DNA of 57,252 nt, filler included, from Circinaria calcarea (taxonomy: Eukaryota): the NCBI GenBank assembly GCA_051942165.1. It is 4 parts of 4 records of this genome, joined end to end, with 100 filler letters (N's around TTAATTAATTAA, not from the genome) between each part and the next. Parts side by side here need not be neighbours in the genome. Positions count along the whole stretch, not along the records: positions 1 to 14,250 come from JAVECS010000447.1; positions 14,351 to 28,589 come from JAVECS010000448.1; 2 more parts are not named here. One strand, given 5' to 3'. The notes beneath the pieces were generated by a model, which ran no database searches, had not been told where the DNA came from, and was given only the letters and a program-made list of their open reading frames with translations. Made by a program: the position numbers and the translations under genes. Shown here one piece after another: positions 10,846-23,546 of this stretch. Position 1 is the stretch's first letter, and the number at the start of each line of letters is the position of its first letter.

Positions 10846-13772
10846 ATGGAGTTGTCTCAGGAACCTGACAGCGCCACTCCAATCCTTGAGTCAACAGAGA
10901 CAGATGGCGCGCAGATTAAGCAGGAAACATCCCTGGTCAAAGATGAGCAATTGCGAGCCATGAAAGCTGTCATTGACATGCTTTACAATCACCGGGAGCC
11001 CGAGTACGCTCAACTCGTTGCGTAGGAGTTCCTGTTTCTGACGTTGAGCAGTGGTCATGATCCTTCCAAAGTCTTTCACCGCAAAGTCAACAAGCGAGTT
11101 CTCCCAGATTATTACGACGTGATCAAGGAACCAATTGCACTAAGCACCCTCAAAGCTAAACTCAATAATCGAGATTATAAATCATTTGCCGAATTCGTCA
11201 GAGATTGCGCCCTGATTGTGCATAATGCGCAGACATATAATAGACCAGAAGCACAGGCATATCAAGATTCGCTGGTTATCAAGGCACTCGTCGAGTCGGA
11301 GTTCAAAAAGCTCGCGGACCAGAAAATCATAGAGCCAGAAGTTGCAGTCCTTCCGGACCTTGGAGAGATACCACCGGTCGATCCTCAGCCTCTAGAGGTA
11401 CCGGAGGAAGAAGAGGAAGATGAAGACGATGATGACGATGATGACGAAGTGGATGAATCTGATGAGGAGGAAGCTGGAAAGAAAAAGCGCAAACGGGGCC
11501 CACGTCCAGGCGCAGCTCTCTTAAAGCGCGAAGGAACCTCGAAAGATGACGCTGGTCAAAAAGCTAATGATCTCGCATCGAAGAAGAAGAGGGGCCGACC
11601 CCCACGGGTAGATACCCCGATGGAGGCTCGGATCAAGGCCGTTCTGAAGGGCGTGCGCAAGCCAAAGAACGATTTGGGTCAGATCATGATCCACCATTTT
11701 GAACGGCTCCCAGATAAGGGCACGATGCCGGAGTACTTTTCAGAAATCAAGGACCCCATTGCTATCGAGTTGATCAAAGTATGCATAATCCAGCCAGTAG
11801 ACGGGAGCACTGCAAGAACTCAAGACTAATCTGTTGCTTGATGCATAGAGAAAGCAAAAACGAAAGAAATACCAATCTGTTGACCACTTCATGAGAGACA
11901 TGAACACGATGTTCGAGAACGCCAAATTATACAATACGGACGAGAGTCAGATTTACAAGGACGCGGTGTATTTACAGGTAATTCACTGCCACTGGACAAA
12001 GGTATATTCTCTGTAGAGCTGACAGAATTACAGAATGAGGCTCATAGACTTGCAGAGCAAGAGAAGAGAAAACCAGATACAGAGTTTGTAATGGAAGAAG
12101 GTAGGTTGCCGTTGCCAGACGGAATAATGCACAACGGCGAGCTTTGGAAAGTTGGAGATTGGATACACATCCAAAATGCGAATGACGTGACCAAGCCAAT
12201 CGTTGCTCAAATCTACAGGACTTGGCAGGATACCGAAGGTCAAAAGTGGGTAAATGCTTGTTGGTACTATCGACCAGAGCAGACTATCCACCATTATGAG
12301 AAGCACTTCTATCCAAACGAGGTTGTGAAAACAGGCCAGTATAGGGATCATCACGTGGACGAAATCATAGATCGGTGTTTTGTCATGTTCTTCACTCGAT
12401 ACAGCAGAGGCCGACCGCGTGGCTTCCCAGCAGATAAAGATGTCTATGTCTGCGAAGCTCGATACAATGAAGAAAAGCACAAGCTGAATAAAATCAAGAC
12501 CTGGGCGAGCTGCTTACCGGATGAGGTGAGAGACAAAGATTACGAGATGGACTTGTTTGATGGTCTGAGGAAAGAAAAGAAGGTACCGAGCCCTTTACTA
12601 CATATGCTCAAAGAGGATGCCAAGGACACAGACGAATTGCCAAAACCAAGATGGGGTGCAGATAATGCACCTCCTGTTGTGGGCGGCATTTATAAAGGGC
12701 CGAGGGATGAAAATGTAAGTAGATTTTGCACAGAGGTGAACGCAGCAACTCGGTTAATGGTAATTTTACACAGCAATCACCACCACCTGAGCCCACTCCA
12801 TCTCCTCCTCCACAGCCACCACCTCCACCCGTCAGACAATCCTCAGACATGTCAAACCACCAGGTACCAGTCTATCGTAAGCAGACCGAGCTTAATGCAG
12901 CTATGGAAGCGGCAGGGCATGCCTTCGGATCGACAACCACTCCCGTTCACGCCAATCATGCACAACACAGCTACACGCCGCAAGCGGTTCAGCAATACCA
13001 CCAGCATTCAGTCTCTCCGGCCCCACTTCATCAGCATCACTACAGCCAGCAAGCTTCGTCGTACACTCCTCAAGCGCAGCATAACACCTTTGCCCCACCT
13101 CCACAACCGGTACGCACAGATCATCACACCGCACCTCAGATCAGATACTCCAACCAACAGACCTCGAGTCGTACTTCCGCACTGCCTGGTACAGATGTGA
13201 ACGCGCCAAGACCTTCAGAAGTGTACATGCTGAGCGACTCTGCGAACGCCTCCATACCGAATGATATCCGTGAACAATTTCATCGCAATGAGAATGGCCA
13301 AGTTCTATTCTTCACCAGCCCTCCTCTTGACATCCTTGCGCCGACCAAGCCGGGTGCAGCCATTGGGCATAGCGTCAAATATATGGCTGATAAATTGCGC
13401 CGAGCGGAGATGGTAAAAGAGAAGAGGAAGAGGGAAGAAGTCACGCGTCTAATGGCGGACGCCGAGAGCAAAAGGGCCAAAATCCAAGGGGAAGCAGCAA
13501 TGGCCAAGGATGTTCACAATCTGATGGATAGGGGTCTGATGCTGTTGACTACGCAGATGGCAGACGCTACCACGCAGATCTACAAGGATATGTACGGTGA
13601 TCGCTGGGAGGAAGGGAGGGACATGGAGCTGAAGAAGCTAGAGGCATTACAGGCCGACCAGAAGCGAAAGAATCAGGAACTGGAAGAATTCGAGAGAAGT
13701 GTCAAGGAGAGGGAGACTATTTCCTTGAAACGAGGTGGGGTTTTTTTGGACGATATCGACCCCAGGTACTGA
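10846..13772 (+). CDS. RSC1: RSC chromatin-remodelling subunit Rsc1/Rsc2-like (two bromodomains, AT-hook, BAH domain)
   Basis: Bromodomain motifs PDYYDVIKEPIAL and PEYFSEIKDPIAI...MFENAKLYN, AT-hook KKRGRPPR, BAH domain (KVGDWIHI..., WYYRPEQT); four GT-AG introns link the ORFs. Confidence 0.9.
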
Positions 13773-14250
13773 GGTGCTTGTCATCGTCTTGGTTTGTCTG
13801 TCCGGTTCTGGACTTTGTGGGGCTGGCTTGGCTTGAGATACCCTGAACGTCTTGATCGCTAGAAGCTTCTTCTTCTGCTTCTAGAGGAAGGTTGCTTGGT
13901 TTTGTCCTACCGTTCCAGCATGGCAGCTACAGTGCTCGGACGCTTGCGATTGTGCAGTCGCGCTTTTGCCGCAAAAATGTGCCAATCCACATTCTGTAAT
14001 CTAGATTTAGATCTGAATCCACTATCTAGAAATGGGTTGGAAAAAGCCCCTTACAAGAACGTTGGTAGCGTAGGCAAGTAGAGACCTGCAAGGGCAAATA
14101 AATAGCACAATTACCATGTATAGTCTTTCTAACCCCCCTCCCCCCTCTCTCCCCAAAAACCAAAAATCCCATACAAAGTCAGTAACTCCGTATAAACTCG
14201 ACCCTATCGCAAAATAAAAATCCTAACTAAAACTAAATAATCATAACTCC

Positions 14251-14350
14251 NNNNNNNNNNNNNNNNNNNNNNNNNNNNNNNNNNNNNNNNNNNNTTAATT
14301 AATTAANNNNNNNNNNNNNNNNNNNNNNNNNNNNNNNNNNNNNNNNNNNN
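14251..14350. other. Artificial contig-joining spacer (N44-TTAATTAATTAA-N44)
   Basis: Exactly 100 nt; the central 12-mer gives stops in all six frames; identical to the other two gaps. Confidence 0.97.
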
Positions 14351-15035
14351 CTTCACTAGCTCTACGTCTTGGGAGCTCTGTTTCTTATTCTCCGAGTGAA
14401 TCAGGCCTGGGAGGTCCACGATCGTAAGTTGAGGCTGGTTAGGACCGGAAATCTCTACTCGTAAAGTATCCTCAGAAAAGGCATTGCCTCCGGGTCCAGA
14501 AAGGCCCATGACCTGATGGGCTTGTTCGAGTAGAGCAGGAAAACCCTCGCGGGATGTCAATACATGACGAAACTCCGAAAGTCGCTCTCGGTCTGTTGAT
14601 GATCTGGCTTTTCCAGCTACCTAAGCGGCTATAGTCATTTTCCTGGAAATCAAGCTGTTCCTAGCATACCAACCAAGAAAGAATGAGGAAAGGTATTAGG
14701 GAATGGAGATGTTGAAGAGGAGATAGAAAGTCTGAAAGCCGACAACTCACCAATGAGACAGCTATGCCAGCGATAGAAGCCCGACGTAGGATAACTTCGG
14801 TCGCGAAACGCGTGCAAAGGTTGTCCTTCCGAGGGAATGGAACCCCTGAGATGGCTTCGAGCACGGAGCTTTTCCCGCTTGATTGATCGCCGCAGACAAT
14901 GAGCTGAGGCAGAGCGGTGAACTCACTTAAGCCATGGGCCCGAAGGGCATCGACCACATCCAGGAGCTGGATCTGTTCAGTCGTCTGGAGAGCCTGTAGC
15001 GCGGCTAGCTCAATCGTCGATGCAGTGGAAGACAT
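14351..15035 (-). CDS. Dynamin-like (Mx/DLP-type) GTPase, N-terminal part only, truncated by the assembly gap; intron 14750-14621
   Basis: LPQLIVCGDQSSGKSSVLEAISG (G1), LCTRFATE (G2), LTIVDLPGLIH (G3); FPR.DNLCTRFATE is typical of fungal dynamin-related proteins; frame is continuous after splicing. Confidence 0.9.
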
Positions 15036-16370
15036 TGCAGAGAATAAATGCCGGGAAAGTGCTCGTATCAAGAGAGATGGCTATGAGGTTGACAGGAAAG
15101 CCAACTGATGTAGAGCTGTTACAGCAGCAGCAGAGACGTGCGAAATGATCCACGAGATGCAAACTCGGCAAGCGAGCCTTGACGTTCTCCTATTTGATGA
15201 AAATCGAGACATGAAATTGGCCAGCTGGAGCCCCTCCATTCTGTTTGCGACTCCAGCCACGCCATGCCATGGCCCGTCGAGTACTGGGAAGACAGGAAGA
15301 ATAGGGCGGACGACAACAAAAGTCGAATCAAATCAAGCACACGTAGATGTAGCTTACCCTACGGGCTCAGTGACCGCTTTTCGCAGATGGTCTCCAGATG
15401 GAGGATAGCGATTAAACCAACATCCTCCCTCCTCCACCATCCCCACTCCGTCACATCGCCACCGTCTCTACTCCATCACGGCTCCCACGAATACTTCCCA
15501 GCTCCTGAAAACCCCGCCAGGTCCAAGCCTCTCATCATGCAATATCCCGTACCTTTTATACCCCAGACGCTTTCATTTTTCGGAATGTTGCAAATTCTCT
15601 ACGCCCAAAAGTATGGAATTTGCAACTTTGATACCCCCACCTCCACAGCAGCCTGGCGAGGGCAGTTTACTGGCCTCAAACACACGCTACCGCCACGGGT
15701 TCACTAGCCCAAGATTAGTGGCTTGGGGTCTACTATCGCGAAAGTGCTCACAGGTCACTTATCGCAGTATACCCGGTACAAAATATCAATACGAGGTTGG
15801 AATCTTCCTGGTTCGAGGGGCAGTTTTACTGCAAATTTGGGACGTGTGTAACAGGACGGCGCCATGGTAAAAGCATAGCCGGATTGATATCCTGATAATT
15901 GTATTTACATGATCTCGAAAGGCGATAAGGTAAATATACAGTGATTCCATATCATCTCCTCAAGGCACACTCAACAGGCCCACGTCCACAGGAATATAGA
16001 TCAGTAGAGCCGCGATTGTGCCTTCCCAAGCCACATTCGGTCGAATATTTCTATCCTGATCTGTTGGCGGTGTTCCCAAAAATCATATGCTGACTTGGCA
16101 TATACAACACACTCAACTTTCCCTCCGGACGGTTTCACATAGCTGCCATTTCAAAAACAACAACAAAATTTGAAGAGGCCCTCGCACCCAAATGACGCCA
16201 CCAAAATGGGTATTGCCGCTTGCATGAATACCAACAATTGTTCCCGAACCGATCTGGACCGCCTGTGTCGGATCCACAACTCCCCAAACCACTTTTGTAC
16301 AAAGATCCAAAACCAGGCCTCCTGTACTCTTTCTGCCGCCGGCTTCGAAATATGGCCAAATGTCACTTCC

Positions 16371-18878
16371 TTACAGTAACATTGCACTCGTCTTTTTCCT
16401 CAATACACTAAATCGATTCTTCTTCTCCAATTTCTCGGGCGTCTGAGCAGGTGTCGTCTCGCCTCCGTCCGTGGCTCTCTCGCCATCCACAACCGCTACC
16501 GTTGCATCTTCGCCTCGAGGGGTGCCGTCTCTTGATCCCCAGAACTTTGGTTTCGACCTTATACTCTTGCTTCCCTGCCTAAACCTTCCCAACGTACCTC
16601 CGCCCTTGGTATCTGGTTTCGTCTCCGTCGATGCTCCATTCTCCTTTGGTACGTAACCAGCAGTCGTCTTGTCACTTGCGAGTCTCCGATCTTCTTCTGC
16701 TTTCGAAGCCTTGCTTACTTCCATCGCAGCCTTTAAGTCTTTCTCTTGCCTCTTCTCCTGCTCTCTTCGCCTAACCTCCTCGTTCTTCCGTCTAGCCCGA
16801 TCCGCTTTCTCGGCTTCTTTTTCCGCTGCTTTACGCTCCTTTTCTTCTTTCGCGCGCTCCTTCTTCGAGTGGACGAAACCGTTCTTTGGGCTGAGGGCTT
16901 CCATTTGCGTATGAGGTGTCGATGCGACACTAGGGCCAATGGTTGGAGGAGGGGAGGAAGGAGGGGAAGGTTGAGAATGGGAGACGAGTGGCGGGACGGT
17001 GGCTGATTTGGCAAGGCTCTCCCACGGCTCTCGGTCTTCGGTAGGACTAGCAGGTGGAGATATAGCGCTTTGGGATTGGTGAATGCCATTGGCCATGGGG
17101 ATGCCGTTGGTTTTGAGACCTAGTCCCACTGGCTCTTTGGGTACGGCAGTTGCCTGCGTAGCTGCGGCTAGGCCTTCGGCTTCCTGCTCTTTCTTGACAG
17201 CCTCAAGGGTGGTCTCTTGATAGAAAAGGACGTAAGCACATGCGAGTCCTGGACGCTCGCCGAAAAAGTTGCGGACGTAGCTTTTGTCGACTGGCTCGAC
17301 CATCTCATCGTCAAAGAGTAGCCAACCTCGGTCCTGGGTTTTGATGATGGTAACGTAATGGCCGTGGTACGGACCACCGCCAATGTGGACGACTACAGCG
17401 TAAAGCTCATATAGTCGGTCGGGATCTTCGGCATCGTCGGTAGTATTAAATAATCTTAGGTGATATGGGTACACCACACGGTGAAACAACTTTTGAAGCC
17501 TCTGAAGATCTTCCGTATATTTGAATCTCTTCAGATGTAAGGCTAGAATCTTTGGGAGTCTCTTGATTTTCATCCTCTTCTCCGCCTCCTGCAAACCTCC
17601 ACATTTGTCACAGTGGAATTTGTTCCTTTCGCAAAGCATCTCCTCTTCAGAGAATTTTCGTAAACAGGAGGTTACAGAGGAATGTTGATCCAAATCGACA
17701 GAGAGATCCAAAAAAGCTTCGTCTCTTTGCGAAACGTTTTCGCAGGTTAGGCACTTCGTCTCCGACGTCAGAGTACCTTCAAAGAGCTCGTGTACCCATC
17801 CAGTGGTACTGGGCGACCTCGCACCCGTTGTTATCGGCATTGCCTCTGCCACAGTCTTCCCGAATCCATCATGTTCCCCTGAACTGTTGAGCCCCTTAGT
17901 CGTGTCGATTTTCTTCGCGTCTGTCTCCACATTCGCTACGACTTCGTTCAGTAATAAGTTTAGAAATTCATGAGCGTCTTGGTGCATTGAGGTTCGGAAC
18001 ATCTCGTTCTCTTTCTTCAAAACCTCCAGGAACTTGGCAGGGCTCACCACGCCCGTCCTTGACGGGTTCGCAACAATGGCTTCAAATATATCTTTTAAAG
18101 ATGTGAACAGCGATTCGGACATGCCATAACTAGCCGCGTTGTCATAGTTCATGGGTAATATTGGGCCATTTAGCATCGCCTGCTTTTTCTTATATTCGGG
18201 TGAGTCCTTATCTTCAGGCTTCTGCAACGGGATAGGGCCTCCAGCACCTCTGGCAGAGTTCGAACCACCCACCACCTTTGGTTTTGTGGGCGAGAGAGGA
18301 GTATGTCCATTTGGTACCGGAGTGGTATTAGTAATTAATTTAGGTAATCCTGATGTTGTGGTATTAATAGACTCCAATGGCGAGCGCTTTGGGTAGTTGA
18401 TAACTGATTCTCGAAAAGGTACAGAGTAGTATAAGCATTGTAGTATTGAATTGCAATAACTGCGGAATCGGGAGTCAGCAATCGACAACGTAATATTCCA
18501 GCCTTCACAACCCCTACCAAGTATTCCCGAACTGCAGACAGAAACTGGTAAGCATTTTGTCTCTGTACTACTCGGAAGTCGAGCTCATACGTTTTCCATT
18601 CCAAAGAATTTATCGCTCCCATCATTCCGTATTGGGCCTGCATCTAAAAGGAGCTTTTCAAGAGGTGTTGGTTGAGGTAGGTTGAGATCTTTCTTCGTCG
18701 GGGAGGAGTTTGTAGCAGGACTCGAGCCGCCCTAAACGTCCAACTACGTTAGCTATCTGTATTTCTTTACAGTGATCCCATAAGTTTCGCCCCAGTCGTG
18801 AATCTCGACTAGGCGCATCGAGGATAGAAGATCTCTGCTTACAGCTGAAGATCGCAGTTTGCCAAAGAATGAAGACAT
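16371..18878 (-). CDS. creB: USP-family deubiquitinase CreB/Ubp9/Ubp13 (USP12/46-like); exons 18878-18843, 18731-18591, 18531-18518, 18459-16371
   Basis: Spliced Cys box [27 protein letters not shown], His box [26 protein letters not shown]; first exon [12 protein letters not shown] followed by GTAAGC donor. Confidence 0.92.
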
Positions 18879-20063
18879 CTCCCGCTACCAGCTTCCGGCC
18901 ACGAGGGCCTACGATGGAAGGGACGTCGAGCCTACGTGTGGCGCCCTCGCGCGGCTGGGTTCGACGTATTCTGGTCAAGAGTTTCCGCAAAGCTGACAGC
19001 AAAACACCGTGATCTCCTGCTATATCAACGATGTCTACTTGCGTAGGTTCCCACTGAGGTGAGATTATCCGAAAACTATCAAAGTGTGTATCAAATACCG
19101 AGCGCCTGCCGGCAAGGCTCTAGCAGCGGAGGATACGGCGCAGAAGGTGGGGGGTGGAGATGGTAAGCGGAGCGAGAGAAGCGCAATTCGCCATGTAGGG
19201 CAATGAGTAGGTTGACGGTTGACGGCAAAAGCGCAAACGGAAGAATCAGGTGTCCAGTCTGTTGGATATCCCCAGTGTAACTGTAGATCCCCGGCTATCA
19301 GTCCCTCGGTACTCCGTACAAGGTGTGGCATCGGCGGTATTACGTTTACTGGTGAGATTGAAAAGACGCAGGTCCGTGTTTGGAGTCCCAATTACAACCG
19401 TCGCCCAATCCCGCCGGACGACAGTTACTGCATCCGAGCACCCGCTAGCTGTCGGCAGTCTAAAGTATGATTGGTCCGGTGCTTGCGCTTGCGCTTGGCC
19501 ACATGCCCGTTCCGATCTGCCGGGCCGCCCTAACGGGAAAGAGGCAAACTTTGAACTTTGATTGATGCCCTCCACCCACACCGATCAGCATTATTCTCGA
19601 ACAGCGTCCCAGCCGTCTCCCTTGCAGCTACCAGCTCTCTCCAACCGTCCACGTCTGCACTTGTGGTACTTCTATTCCCTGCCTAGTGCTCACTGGACGC
19701 TCTTCGAGAATGTAATAGAATTCATAGCATCACCATCAGCAGCACTCCCTCACTGGGAACAACATCCCTCATCGGGGTTCGGGGAATGCATTACCAGTAC
19801 GTAGTAAGTGGGAGATGCCGTGGATGGGGACTATGTTTTAGTTTGCACATGGCCGACGGGATAATGCATGGTGATCATGCAAGGATGATAATAATTAAAT
19901 GCAGATCATGTTTGAAGCTGTCGCTGTGTAACGCGAAGGCCAACTGTACGCCAGAGCTCGTCAATATCATATTCAAAATCTCGACAGCTTATGCTACCTA
20001 AGCAAGCATAAGACGTGATTCGCGTTACTCTAAAGTTACCCGTACCCACAGAGAGCAGACATA

Positions 20064-23000
20064 TCAGACATCCATCTCCGACTCCGAATTGTCCGCATAA
20101 CCAGACATCTTTTTAGCCCTTCGTTCCCCACCGCCGGAAGCATCCAATGCCTGCCACATCCGCTTCTCTTCCTCCTTCGACAAAATACCCGGATGTTCCT
20201 GGACATATTTTCGGCGGATACTCATAGCTTCAGCATCCCACTCGGCTAGCCGGTCTTGAAAGGTTGCGGCGCTCTCGTGGTTGACGAGTCGGTTGTTCAA
20301 AGTCAACTCGATGTATGGCTGCTTCACCTCTTGGCTGGCCTCCCGCCACAATTGCCCGAGTGCTATACGAACCTCATTCCTTGATGCCTTGGTATTGGGG
20401 TTACCGACAGCAGCGCGCCGTGCTTCGTCACATTTGCTTTTGCATTCGGCCCACTTGTCTTTGGTGAAGAGGAGGAAGGGATTCGAGCCAGCTTTGCTAG
20501 GCTTCCCTGGCCGGGGTCCCAAGCTTGCGAAGATGGACTTCAAGATTTCTGTCTCGAAGGCCTCTAGGCGAGCTTGATCTAGCGCGGAAGACACGTTACC
20601 CGTTGAAAGATCAGGTCTCTGCTTACTGGGATTGTATACGTTGTCGACTGCGGCAGGAACCAAAGGGCTTGGGATGTTGATCGGACCAAGCAAATCGTTG
20701 ATTACTTCTGATGCAGCTCTCAACCCGGAAATATAAGCACCATGAACCGTGGCAGGATGGGTCCCACAGGTTGCCTCACCCGCAAAGTAGAGATTACCCG
20801 TCGGTTTTGCCATTGCTTCGTAAGCATCAGGTTGCGAGGTGGCACCAACGTATGAATAGCTGCCACATGCAAACCGGTCCTTGCCCCATCGGGTAACGAT
20901 AGTCTCCAGAGGCTGCGGGACCGGATTCTGTTTGAACATGAGGGCTAATTGCTGAGTAACCTCGCTCACGATCTGCGTATCGTCCAGTAGTTCCGCTTGA
21001 TGAGCTGCCTCGCCAGCCATAAGTGCAATCAACATTGGACGGCCGCTTGTTTTCATACAATTCCAGAAAAGGTAAAATCTTCCTCGATTCTGGACGTAGT
21101 CACCTTGGTTAAGGCTGTTGGGCTTTGTAGCATCTCTTAACAAACCTATCATGTCCTGATCAATATTCCAAAATGGTTTCTCGAACACCAAGATGACTTT
21201 ATTGAGAGTTCCAAACCCCAAACGCTCGATCGCTTCGCGTTTCCATATAGGTAGTTCTGGCTGGAACCTGATGGACTCATTCTTCAAAACACCTAATGGA
21301 GCTGTAAGGATGACATGGCTTGCCTCAAATACATCGCCGTCATCGCATATAATCTTTGCTGTAGGGCCTGGGCTGCCGTATTCATTGTAGACAATCCGAC
21401 TGACCGCTTTGTTGGTCTGGAGGTCAAGCTTTGAAGGGTACTGCCAAATCGCCCTGGGAACCTGTTGATATCCACCGATGACTTGTGCATGCTCACCTTC
21501 AAACTCGTTGCCAATGTCTTGATCCCAGCCACCAAGGCTGAGCTTACCGACATTTACAGCATTCGCATATTCCAGATTGGCAAAGTGCCAATTTAGAAGT
21601 CGCATATCTTGAGGCGAGAGATCCAACAGGTATTGATATTGCTGGACTGCTTCATCCATTGCGCCGCCAAGCGTAGGATGCTGTGATGAGTTAACGACAT
21701 GTTCCAAACTGAAATCCCGCGTTGCAAGAATGTTAGATGCGATATGCCAACCCATGGCTTTCGCAGCAATTGCTGGACGAGCTTTTGTTCGTGAGCCTGG
21801 AGCCATGTGCGCTTTTCCGGTAAGCTTATCAACACCTGCAGGAACGCGCTGTAAGAATCCGTCATGGGCTGGTGAATGCCCTTGAACAACCGATGACTGC
21901 TCGCCTTCCACGACGCTGATGACTCTGCCGGTGTCATCGGTCGGATCCCGCCCTATCTCGATCAAATCTCGATCTCCTTCGACTGTTGATGGGGGTGTAG
22001 TTCTATGTCGATATACACTTGCCCGGTCAAGTATATCGTTGAACAGTTTCTCTACCAACTTATCCCGTTCTCTATCCACTACTTGCCCATCAACATCATA
22101 TAACGTCGAGTTGTCTTTCAACGGGTAATAGTGTAGTGCCAATTGCCCACGGATGATCATGCTAAGAGGATTGCCGTGATCAAATCCGGTTATGATATGC
22201 GCGCCCATTTCTGCGGTACATCTTGATTGTTGTGGTAAGCCGCTGAAATTTCCACTTTGTAGAGGGTGAGAATATATACGGCCACCTATCCTAGAACGTC
22301 CCTCCAGGACTATTACCCTCGGTGGCTCTTCGCCCATCGCAGTCCATTTCTCTTGATAGTGACTCAGTAATCCCTCCAACTGACGTGCACAGCCTAAACC
22401 GGCCATACCAGCACCTATCACAACAATCGTCTTCCTTGTGCGCTTTAACTTGTACTTTTTGACTCTTACGTTTGAGGTGTCCGGAACCTCGAGGCAGCCG
22501 AAGTTGATGTAACCTTTTCTCACCAGCCACTCATATGCGACTTCTGCCAAGCCCAACCATCTCGCACTATACGCACAACCTGCGGCTTCTTCCGGCGTAA
22601 CGCTCACAAGTGGATTTCGGACCCACAACCGTAGAATGCGATTTCGTACGTTGATGTACGCGGTAACGTGAAGATGGCATATGTGCTCTCTCAAAAGCTG
22701 ATATTCCTCAACATGCAAAGCAAACGGGTTGAGTCGGGAGGAGTAAGCAGCTTGTACGCTTTGCCTGGCTAACTCTTCATGCGGTACGTCCGATGGAATA
22801 GACGTTCGCGGCCGCAGGTCACGAAACTGAATCTTCGGTGTCTTTGTAGAAGTTCGACGTCGTTTGAGTAGTTTAACCTCGGTAGTCGGTATTTGCAACG
22901 GTGCGGGTGTAGTAGACTTGGCTGGAGACAACTGGGATGAGAGGGAAGATGTACGAGACGAGCCGTCCTGAACATCATCCAACACATTTGAATCATCGGC

Positions 23001-23546
23001 CTCAAGCTTGATACTGTCTGTTCCAGTAGATGTGTGAGATGAAGCTTCTAGTACTCGGGAATGAAAACTACCCATCCTATTCGACTGTGACGTGTCGTCG
23101 GAAACATCAAGGAGATCCTCCATCTTATCATTACTCAAGCTGGCCCTGACGCCTTCTCCCGTAAAGTCGAGATCAAGGCCTAAAGTATTGTTGTCGAACC
23201 AGGTTGTGTCGGAATTGGAAGGCTCGAGTCGCGTATTTTGGTTAGGGTTCTGTCTAGTGTTTGAGACTTGCCGAAGGGCATCAGGTTCGTCCAAAGTGAG
23301 CAAAAGACCCGAATCTTTGATTGATTTCGAGTCCGAGCTCGAGGGAGGGAAGATGGCTTGATGAAGTCTCTCGATTGCAAAGTCATCAGGGTTTGGAGCC
23401 GATGGACTGAACCATGACGGTATTACCCCCATAGCGTCCTTCAACTGTGTGTTATATTTCGGATGTGCTTGAGATACATTTTCTACCGAGAGATCCTTCT
23501 GATAGATGGTTTCCGTCATATCATTGATGCTCTGAGGAGAATCCAT
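20064..23546 (-). CDS. LSD1: Lysine-specific histone demethylase LSD1-like (SWIRM + FAD amine oxidase + HMG-box)
   Basis: 1160 aa ORF: SWIRM (YINVRNRILRLW...WLVRKGYINFG), Rossmann VIGAGMAGL, RIGGRIYS, FAGEATCGTHPATVHGAY, C-terminal HMG-like NPFLLF...LGQLWREASQEVKQPY. Confidence 0.92.
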   Translation of the reverse strand: MDSPQSINDMTETIYQKDLSVENVSQAHPKYNTQLKDAMGVIPSWFSPSAPNPDDFAIERLHQAIFPPSSSDSKSIKDSGLLLTLDEPDALRQVSNTRQNPNQNTRLEPSNSDTTWFDNNTLGLDLDFTGEGVRASLSNDKMEDLLDVSDDTSQSNRMGSFHSRVLEASSHTSTGTDSIKLEADDSNVLDDVQDGSSRTSSLSSQLSPAKSTTPAPLQIPTTEVKLLKRRRTSTKTPKIQFRDLRPRTSIPSDVPHEELARQSVQAAYSSRLNPFALHVEEYQLLREHICHLHVTAYINVRNRILRLWVRNPLVSVTPEEAAGCAYSARWLGLAEVAYEWLVRKGYINFGCLEVPDTSNVRVKKYKLKRTRKTIVVIGAGMAGLGCARQLEGLLSHYQEKWTAMGEEPPRVIVLEGRSRIGGRIYSHPLQSGNFSGLPQQSRCTAEMGAHIITGFDHGNPLSMIIRGQLALHYYPLKDNSTLYDVDGQVVDRERDKLVEKLFNDILDRASVYRHRTTPPSTVEGDRDLIEIGRDPTDDTGRVISVVEGEQSSVVQGHSPAHDGFLQRVPAGVDKLTGKAHMAPGSRTKARPAIAAKAMGWHIASNILATRDFSLEHVVNSSQHPTLGGAMDEAVQQYQYLLDLSPQDMRLLNWHFANLEYANAVNVGKLSLGGWDQDIGNEFEGEHAQVIGGYQQVPRAIWQYPSKLDLQTNKAVSRIVYNEYGSPGPTAKIICDDGDVFEASHVILTAPLGVLKNESIRFQPELPIWKREAIERLGFGTLNKVILVFEKPFWNIDQDMIGLLRDATKPNSLNQGDYVQNRGRFYLFWNCMKTSGRPMLIALMAGEAAHQAELLDDTQIVSEVTQQLALMFKQNPVPQPLETIVTRWGKDRFACGSYSYVGATSQPDAYEAMAKPTGNLYFAGEATCGTHPATVHGAYISGLRAASEVINDLLGPINIPSPLVPAAVDNVYNPSKQRPDLSTGNVSSALDQARLEAFETEILKSIFASLGPRPGKPSKAGSNPFLLFTKDKWAECKSKCDEARRAAVGNPNTKASRNEVRIALGQLWREASQEVKQPYIELTLNNRLVNHESAATFQDRLAEWDAEAMSIRRKYVQEHPGILSKEEEKRMWQALDASGGGERRAKKMSGYADNSESEMDV

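Noticed and set aside
14295..14306. TTAATTAATTAA as a biological repeat or PacI-site element
   Set aside because: Always centred in N runs of identical length; it is an assembly linker.
18879..20063. Several overlapping 70-110 aa ORFs and a possible uORF (ATG 19194) upstream of creB
   Set aside because: No recognisable domains, and the TSS is unknown, so uORF status cannot be supported.
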